The position numbers were made by a program, and so were the translations under genes. A stretch of 64,000 bases of DNA, from contig CALXOL010000013.1 of the NCBI GenBank assembly GCA_944390015.1, positions 16,727 to 80,726 on the forward strand, given 5' to 3'. Position 1 is the stretch's first letter, and every line of letters starts with the position of its first letter. This document shows positions 57,364 through 64,000 of this stretch, in pieces. The stretch comes from an uncultured Spirochaetaceae bacterium (lineage in GTDB: Bacteria; Spirochaetota; Spirochaetia; Sphaerochaetales; Sphaerochaetaceae). Below the pieces are notes generated by a model, which saw nothing but the letters and a program-made list of their open reading frames with translations, made no database searches and was not told the DNA's origin.

Positions 57364-60300
57364 TTACTCCTCGTCGGAAACAATCTCCATTCCCTCTGCG
57401 TTTTCCTCTCCCAGTGTCTTCATATCTGCGAGTTCCTCAATCTCGTGCTCCTCAGAAGCAGAGACTTCGGCTGGCTTCATCCTCTTCTCCCGGTCTTTCT
57501 CAGCCTGGATTTCAAGGAGGCGCTCATCATCAAGATGTACATCACGGTATCTCTTCATACCAGTTCCTGCTGGAATGAGGTGACCGATGATTACGTTCTC
57601 TTTGAGACCACGCAACTCATCCTTTTTACCTGCAATAGCAGCATTTGTCAAGACTTTAGTCGTACTTAAGAACGAAGCAGCGGAAATAAATGAGTCAACA
57701 CTCAATGCCGCCTCCGATACTCCCTGGAGAACCGGGCGTGCGATTGCCGGCTGCTTACCCTGCTTCTTAGCCTCATCGTTAACACGTCTGAAAAGATTCT
57801 TATCAACCCTCTGCATCTTAACGAACTGCGTATCTCCAGCTCTTACGATCTCTACCTTCTTGAGCATCTGACGGATGATGATTCCAAGATGTTTCTCATT
57901 GATCTCAACACCCTGCATCCTGTAAACCTTCTGGATTTCCTCAACAAGGAAGGAAAGAACGGCGTTCTCTCCTAAGACATCGAGAACCTCACGGCTTGTT
58001 ACGGTCTCATCACAGAGCTGGTCTCCAGCCTTGACCTCATCTCCCTCTCTTACGGAAAGAAGAGCATCCTTAGTATATACCTTATGAGGATGATCCTTAC
58101 CGAAGACATCACGGATTACCACAGTCGTAGAACCACCACCTGTCTTCGTATCGATCTTGACGACCGTTCCGTTTACACGAGAAAGGATGATAGGGTTGAC
58201 CTTATTTGAAGAGGCAACCTTACCATGACGAGCTTCGAAGAGTGAGTCAACCTGAGGAAGACCACCTGCGATATCCTTCGTCGTAGCGCTGTCGATAGCC
58301 TCTTTAGCCAATGTGTCACCGGCCTCGATAACCTCTCCCACTTCCTTTACGACCATGTAAGATCCGCCAGGAATCGGGAACTTATACTGTGTTCCAGATG
58401 CATCCTCGATGATGATCGTTGGATGGAACTGTCCAAGCTGAGCTGAAGGTACGATAAGAAGCTCCGACTCTCCAGCCTCGTTTACAATCCTCCTATAGGA
58501 TTTATCGAGGACGAAATCAGACATCTCGATAACCGTTCCACTTACATCCGAGATGATAGGACTTGAGAACGGATCGAATGTAATGATTGCCTCACCGGCA
58601 TCAACAACCTGACCTTCCCTTACATGGAGCTCCGCACCAGCGGGAACCTTGTACTCGTTAGCACTGGAGAGGATGAACGTCCTGTCCCCAATGATATTAA
58701 GTCTACCATTGTTCTTACTGATGACTTCCGTTCCACCTGTTGAGACATACATCGGATAACCCTTTACAACGGATGAGCCGTCCTCAACAAGAAGCTTGCT
58801 ATAAAGTCCAGTAATCTCCTCAAGAACCTTTGAAATGGTTATATGACCTTTTCTTGGGAAGAGGTTGGTACCATCTGCCCTTCTGATTACCTGACCTTTA
58901 ATCTCACGAATGATGGTCTGATAGTCAAAAGAGAGCTTATTATCTTTCGTTGATGTGCTTGCCGTACCACCGACATGGAAGGTTCTCATTGTAAGCTGAG
59001 TACCAGGCTGTCCGATTGACTGGGCTGCGATGATACCTACGGCCTCACCGATTTCAACAGTCCTGTTGGTTGCCAGGTTCCTTCCATAACACTTGCGGCA
59101 TACGCCATGCTCGCTCTCACAGGTAAGAACGGTCCTAAGAAGAACACGCTCAACTCCGGCCTCCTCGATGAGCTTGGCCGTCTCGTCGCTGATCTCCTCA
59201 TTTGCCTTTGCAAGAACAACAGGTTTACCATTCTCATCCTTAAGCAGAGGATGAAGTACATCCTCAACAGGGCAGGATCCGGCTATGCGGCTTGCAAGAG
59301 ACTCGATGACCTGGTCACCATCATGAACTGCACTCGTCCAGATTCCATTAATTGTCTGGCAGTCTTCTTCGGAGACGACGACATCCTGTGCGACATCGAC
59401 GAGCTTACGAGTAAGATATCCAGCCTTAGCCGTCTTAAGAGCGGTATCGGTAAGACCCTTTCTAGCACCGTTTGAAGAGATGAAGAACTCGATGATTGAG
59501 AGTCCCTCTTTGAAGTTACTCTTAATAGGAAGCTCAATGATCTTTCCATTCGGTTTTGCCATGAGACCACGCATACCACCGAGCTGACGGATCTGTGTCT
59601 TGCTACCACGAGCACCGGAATCGGCCATGAGGAAGAGAGGATTGAAGCCCCTCTGACTCTTTTTGAGCTCATCCATGAGAACATTGGTGAGTTTTTCGTT
59701 GGTCTCAGTCCATACCTCGATGACACGGTTATATCTCTCTTCCTGCGTAATCTGTCCTTCGTTGTACTGCTCAACGACCTGAGCCTGACGCTCATTAGCC
59801 TCTTCAATAAGCTCCTTCTTAGCCTCAGGTACGATCATATCTGAAAGTCCGATAGTAGCACCGAAGAGCGTTGCATACTTGAATCCAAGATCCTTTACGG
59901 AATCAAGGAGCTCTACAGCGACACTAGGCTTATGGTTCTTGATCGTCTCTCCGATGACCTTCTTGAGCTGCTTATCTCCTAAGCAGTAGTTCTGGAAAGG
60001 AATTCCCTTTGGAATAGCGGAATTGAATATGATCCTTCCTGCCGTAGTAGCAGTCCAGCTCTTTCCATCTGCAACTGTCACATTGCCCTTCTCATCGACA
60101 ACTTCAAGACCCTTCTTGAAACGATAGAAGATCTTCTCATTATATGTAACGCTCTCTGCATCGATTGCCGCTTCAATCTCGTCAATCGATTCAAAGTGCT
60201 TATATCTCTTCTTCTCCTCACCTTCAAGCGGGAGCATCTCCTTTGTAAGATAGAAGATTCCAAGAACCATGTCCTGACTTGGGAATGCAATCGGCTTACC

Positions 60301-61767
60301 GTTTGCAGGGTCAAGCAGGTTCGTCGTACTGAGCATGAGCGTCCAGCATTCAAGCTGAGCTGCCTGAGTTAGAGGAACGTGGATAGCCATCTGGTCTCCA
60401 TCGAAGTCCGCATTGAACGCATGACATACCAGAGGATGGAGTTTAAGCGCCTTTCCCTCTACCAAAACCGGCTCAAACGCCTGAATTCCAAGGCGGTGAA
60501 GCGTAGGAGCACGGTTAAGCATTACAGGATGCTCTTTTACAACGTCATCAAGGATTGACCACACTTCAGGTGCTTCACTCTCTACGAGAAGTTTTGCCCT
60601 CTTGATGTTCTGAGCAACACCATCCTGGACGAGTTTCTTCATGATGAATGGCTTGTAAAGCTCGAGTGCCATCTTTGAAGGAACACCGCACTGATGCATC
60701 CTAAGCTCCGGACCTACAACGATTACAGATCGACCAGAGTAGTCTACGCGCTTACCGAGAAGGTTCTGTCTGAATCTTCCCTGCTTACCCTTAAGGCCAT
60801 CTGAGAGACTCTTGAGATCCCTCTTTGAAGAACCCTTTGTCGGGTTTGCCGTCTTAGCGTTATCGAAGAGAGAATCAACCGCTTCCTGAAGCATCCTCTT
60901 CTCATTGCGGATGATGATATCCGGTGCCTGTATCTTTATAAGACGGTCAAGACGGTTGTTTCTGTTAATGACCCTTCTATAAAGCTCATTAAGGTCCGTA
61001 GTCGCAAAACGTCCACCATCAAGCTGTACCATAGGACGTAGATCTGGTGGGATTACAGGGATTACCTTTAAGATCATCCACTCAGGACGGTTTCCACTTG
61101 CGAGGAAATCCTCACAGTAGCGGATGCGTGAAAGAAGCTTTGAATCTATCTTATTATTCGCACCTTCCTTCTGGCTAAGCTGAGCCCTCAGCTCATCTGA
61201 TAAGGCCTTGAGGTCAAGATCCTTTAAAAGATCATAGATAGCCTCTGCTCCCATGGCAGCCTTGAATGTATCTCCATACATATCATAGAGAGCCTCGTAA
61301 CGCTCCTCCGTAAGAACCTGATTCTTTTTCAGTTCATCCGTATGGGTACCGGGATCCGTTACTACGTATTTCTCATATGATAAGATTTCCATGAGCTCGG
61401 CTCTCTTGATGTCGAGCAGATAGCTCATGATTGATGGAGTTGACCTGTAGAACCAGATATGAGCCACTGGAGCAGCAAGAGTGATGTGTCCCATCCTCTC
61501 ACGGCGAACCTTGGTATCCGATACCTCGACTCCACAGCGATCACAGACAACTCCCTTGTATCTGTTTGATTTGAACTTTCCGCAATAGCACTCCCATTCC
61601 TTCGTGGTTCCGAAAATACGCTCGCAGAAAAGTCCATCCCTCTCCGGACGGAGAGAACGGTAATTTATCGTCTCCGGCTTCTTAACCTCGCCGTAGCTCC
61701 ATGCTAGAATCTGCTCGGGAGATGCGAGCTTGATCTTAATGGTGCTGAAATCCTGATTTTCCTTCAT
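57364..61767 (-). CDS. rpoC: DNA-directed RNA polymerase beta' subunit
   Basis: 1467 aa. NADFDGDQM catalytic motif and zinc-binding CYCGKF...CDRCG. Confidence 0.97.
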   Translation of the reverse strand: MKENQDFSTIKIKLASPEQILAWSYGEVKKPETINYRSLRPERDGLFCERIFGTTKEWECYCGKFKSNRYKGVVCDRCGVEVSDTKVRRERMGHITLAAPVAHIWFYRSTPSIMSYLLDIKRAELMEILSYEKYVVTDPGTHTDELKKNQVLTEERYEALYDMYGDTFKAAMGAEAIYDLLKDLDLKALSDELRAQLSQKEGANNKIDSKLLSRIRYCEDFLASGNRPEWMILKVIPVIPPDLRPMVQLDGGRFATTDLNELYRRVINRNNRLDRLIKIQAPDIIIRNEKRMLQEAVDSLFDNAKTANPTKGSSKRDLKSLSDGLKGKQGRFRQNLLGKRVDYSGRSVIVVGPELRMHQCGVPSKMALELYKPFIMKKLVQDGVAQNIKRAKLLVESEAPEVWSILDDVVKEHPVMLNRAPTLHRLGIQAFEPVLVEGKALKLHPLVCHAFNADFDGDQMAIHVPLTQAAQLECWTLMLSTTNLLDPANGKPIAFPSQDMVLGIFYLTKEMLPLEGEEKKRYKHFESIDEIEAAIDAESVTYNEKIFYRFKKGLEVVDEKGNVTVADGKSWTATTAGRIIFNSAIPKGIPFQNYCLGDKQLKKVIGETIKNHKPSVAVELLDSVKDLGFKYATLFGATIGLSDMIVPEAKKELIEEANERQAQVVEQYNEGQITQEERYNRVIEVWTETNEKLTNVLMDELKKSQRGFNPLFLMADSGARGSKTQIRQLGGMRGLMAKPNGKIIELPIKSNFKEGLSIIEFFISSNGARKGLTDTALKTAKAGYLTRKLVDVAQDVVVSEEDCQTINGIWTSAVHDGDQVIESLASRIAGSCPVEDVLHPLLKDENGKPVVLAKANEEISDETAKLIEEAGVERVLLRTVLTCESEHGVCRKCYGRNLATNRTVEIGEAVGIIAAQSIGQPGTQLTMRTFHVGGTASTSTKDNKLSFDYQTIIREIKGQVIRRADGTNLFPRKGHITISKVLEEITGLYSKLLVEDGSSVVKGYPMYVSTGGTEVISKNNGRLNIIGDRTFILSSANEYKVPAGAELHVREGQVVDAGEAIITFDPFSSPIISDVSGTVIEMSDFVLDKSYRRIVNEAGESELLIVPSAQLGQFHPTIIIEDASGTQYKFPIPGGSYMVVKEVGEVIEAGDTLAKEAIDSATTKDIAGGLPQVDSLFEARHGKVASSNKVNPIILSRVNGTVVKIDTKTGGGSTTVVIRDVFGKDHPHKVYTKDALLSVREGDEVKAGDQLCDETVTSREVLDVLGENAVLSFLVEEIQKVYRMQGVEINEKHLGIIIRQMLKKVEIVRAGDTQFVKMQRVDKNLFRRVNDEAKKQGKQPAIARPVLQGVSEAALSVDSFISAASFLSTTKVLTNAAIAGKKDELRGLKENVIIGHLIPAGTGMKRYRDVHLDDERLLEIQAEKDREKRMKPAEVSASEEHEIEELADMKTLGEENAEGMEIVSDEE

Positions 61768-61776
61768 TCTCTCCTC

Positions 61777-64000
61777 CTAGAAAGTCCCTTTCTCTTTCTT
61801 CGCGATAAGCTCCTCATCACGCTCTGTGAGTGGAATCTGCTTACCTTCTTCGTCATATACGGAAATATCGAGGGCAAGTCCTCTTACTTCCTGCATAAGA
61901 ACATTGAACGCCTCCGGCTTACTGCTTGTCTGTGCAGGCTCACCTTTCACGATGGAACCGTAGATCTGCACCCTTCCCTTCATGTCATCACTCTTGATTG
62001 TGAGAAGCTCCTGAAGAGTATTCGCAGCACCGTATGCCTCAAATGCCCATACCTCCATCTCTCCCAGACGCTGACCACCGAACATCGCCTTTCCTCCGAG
62101 AGGTTGCTGTGTTACAAGCGAATATGGTCCTGTAGAGCGGGCATGCATCTTATCATCTACAAGGTGATGGAGCTTGAGATAGTAAATATAACCGCAGAAT
62201 ACGTCATTTACGAATGGGATACCCGTTCTTCCATCATAGAGCCTGATCTTGGAATTCTTAGGAAGACCGGCTTTAACCATCTCTGCCTCAATCTGTTCCA
62301 TTGAAGCTGACTGGAATACAGGTGTCTTATACCAGACATCATTCTTAACGGCTGCCCAGCCGAGCTGAGTCTCCATAAGCTGTCCGATATTCATACGGGA
62401 TGGAACGCCAAGTGGGTTAAGACATACATCAAGTGGAGTTCCATCTTCCATGTATGGCATATCCTCCTCTGGAAGAACACGAGATACAACACCCTTGTTT
62501 CCATGACGTCCTGCCATCTTATCACCCTGCTTAAGCTTTCTCTTCGTAGCGATTAAGACCTTGATCGTATGCTCTACGCCTGGCTGAAGCTCATCCTTAT
62601 CACTCTTCTGAAGGTGCTGGATATCAATAACCGTTCCTTCCGTTCCATGAGGAACCTTGAGAGAGGAATCTCTTACTTCCTTAGCCTTCTCTCCAAAGAT
62701 GGAATTCAGGAGCTTGACCTCAGGTGTCGTATCTGACTCACTCTTCGGAGTTACCTTTCCAACCAATATATGGCCCGGGCGTACATATGTACCAATACAT
62801 ACGATACCATCGCTATCGAGGTGCTCAAGAAGCTTCTCTGATGTATTAGGAATATCCTTTGTGAGCTTCTCAGGTCCGAGCTTTGTATCGCGGATATCGA
62901 CACTGAACTCCTTGATATGGATTGATGTATAGATATCCTCACGTACTACCCTCTCACTGATGAGAACAGCATCCTCATAGTTGTATCCGTTCCATGGGAC
63001 AAAGCCGACAAGAATATTCCTTCCAAGAGCAAGTTCTCCCTTATCCGTCGCAGGGCCGTCTGCAAGCACATCGCCTGCATCAACATGGTCTCCTACGTAT
63101 ACAATAGGTTTCTGGTTGAGACATGAATCCTGGTTCGTTCTCTCGAACTTATGTACCTCATAAGTATCGATTTCACCCTCAATCTCGGCTTCTGCCTTAT
63201 CTACAAGAACTTCAATCCTCGTTGAAGATACATACTTGACCGTTCCGGCTCTCTTGGCCTTGATGAGAACACCAGAGTCATATGCTGCTCTCTGCTCCAT
63301 TCCAGTTCCAACCCTTGGAGCCTCTGGGAATACGAGAGGTACCGCCTGACGCTGCATGTTTGAACCCATGAGGGCACGGTTAGCATCATCATGCTCAAGG
63401 AAAGGAATGAGAGAGGTTGCGACTGATACTACCTGCTTTGGAGAAACATCCATCCAGTCAATCTCATCAGGACGTGCCGTACCATAGTCTCCGTTCTCTC
63501 TGATGGATACCTCCTCTTCAAGGAAATGACCATTCTCATCTATCTTGGCGTTTCCCTGCGCTATCTTGCATCTCTCCTCATCGTTGGCATCGAGATACTT
63601 GACCTCATCGGTAACAACGCCGTTCACGACCCTTCTATATGGTGTTTCAATGAAACCAAGATCGTTTATACGTGCATAGTTAGCAAGAGAGAGGATAAGA
63701 CCGATGTTAGAACCTTCAGGGGTCTCAATCGGACAGATTCTTCCATAGTGAGTATAGTGTACGTCTCTTACTTCATAAATTGCACGTGCACTGCTTCTGG
63801 AAAGACCGCCCTTAGGACCAAGTGCGGATACCCTTCTCTTATGCGTAAGCTCTGCAAGAGGGTTAACCTGATCCATGAACTGAGAGAGCTGAGAAGAACC
63901 GAAGAACTCCTTTATCGCGCCTACAATCGGCTTGATTGAGATGATTTCCTGGGGCTTTACAGTATCATCAGCGATGTTCATCTTCTCACGGGCCGTCTTA
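61777..64000 (-). CDS. rpoB: DNA-directed RNA polymerase beta subunit (C-terminal ~740 aa; the 5' end lies beyond the window)
   Basis: The frame stays open to the window edge (…[12 protein letters not shown]…). Motifs [21 protein letters not shown] and [12 protein letters not shown] are present. Confidence 0.97.
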   Translation of the reverse strand, partial: KTAREKMNIADDTVKPQEIISIKPIVGAIKEFFGSSQLSQFMDQVNPLAELTHKRRVSALGPKGGLSRSSARAIYEVRDVHYTHYGRICPIETPEGSNIGLILSLANYARINDLGFIETPYRRVVNGVVTDEVKYLDANDEERCKIAQGNAKIDENGHFLEEEVSIRENGDYGTARPDEIDWMDVSPKQVVSVATSLIPFLEHDDANRALMGSNMQRQAVPLVFPEAPRVGTGMEQRAAYDSGVLIKAKRAGTVKYVSSTRIEVLVDKAEAEIEGEIDTYEVHKFERTNQDSCLNQKPIVYVGDHVDAGDVLADGPATDKGELALGRNILVGFVPWNGYNYEDAVLISERVVREDIYTSIHIKEFSVDIRDTKLGPEKLTKDIPNTSEKLLEHLDSDGIVCIGTYVRPGHILVGKVTPKSESDTTPEVKLLNSIFGEKAKEVRDSSLKVPHGTEGTVIDIQHLQKSDKDELQPGVEHTIKVLIATKRKLKQGDKMAGRHGNKGVVSRVLPEEDMPYMEDGTPLDVCLNPLGVPSRMNIGQLMETQLGWAAVKNDVWYKTPVFQSASMEQIEAEMVKAGLPKNSKIRLYDGRTGIPFVNDVFCGYIYYLKLHHLVDDKMHARSTGPYSLVTQQPLGGKAMFGGQRLGEMEVWAFEAYGAANTLQELLTIKSDDMKGRVQIYGSIVKGEPAQTSSKPEAFNVLMQEVRGLALDISVYDEEGKQIPLTERDEELIAKKEKGTF

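Noticed and set aside
1-64000. CRISPR arrays, rRNA genes, integrases or prophage structural genes
   Set aside because: No regularly spaced direct repeats, no rRNA-like conserved strings, and no integrase, recombinase or phage-type ORFs appear in any frame of the track.

Overview
This 64-kb chromosomal window is dominated by minus-strand housekeeping genes. Gene order looks spirochaete-like, probably Treponema-type; that is my inference from synteny and protein sequences, with no database search.

Order of features from left to right:
- a 3'-truncated YihY-family membrane protein that the ORF track misses
- a hydrolase, a YfcE phosphoesterase, an AOR-like oxidoreductase and a uridine-kinase-family protein
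- nifS-nifU plus a coupled HTH gene
- surE, rpmE, rho, ybaK-like, cinA, lnt, hup, rpsT, a PSP1/RicT-like gene, dus, a PurD-like gene and rlmB
- grpE-dnaK-dnaJ
- a membrane-anchored coiled-coil protein, a HAD hydrolase, der and ptsI
- ymdB-rny
- the complete tuf-S10-spc-alpha ribosomal super-operon (rpsJ to rplQ, including a 37-codon rpmJ absent from the track; no adk/map/infA/rpsD)
- rpsL-rpsG, rpoC and the 3' part of rpoB

The only clearly accessory DNA is an ~8.7-kb segment (about 47.6-56.4 kb) wedged between tuf and rpsG. It carries:
- a MATE transporter
- a small helical ORF
- a stand-alone TnpB (IS605 OrfB-type) gene that looks catalytically intact and has an omegaRNA-like structured 3' end
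- a 465-bp ORF-free region rich in repeats and palindromes
- a DUF4143-type AAA ATPase
- a BspA-like leucine-rich-repeat lipoprotein preceded by a G9 tract
- an orphan HicB-like antitoxin
- a TIGR03905-like 4-Cys protein
- one further small ORF

The most interesting candidates are the TnpB/omegaRNA locus abutting the downstream ORF, the homopolymeric G tract upstream of the surface LRR lipoprotein, a nested 34-bp palindrome upstream of the ATPase, and a long structured leader or candidate sRNA driven by a near-consensus promoter upstream of tuf.

I found no CRISPR array, rRNA or tRNA. All calls come from reading the translations and sequence by eye; nothing was computed or searched.
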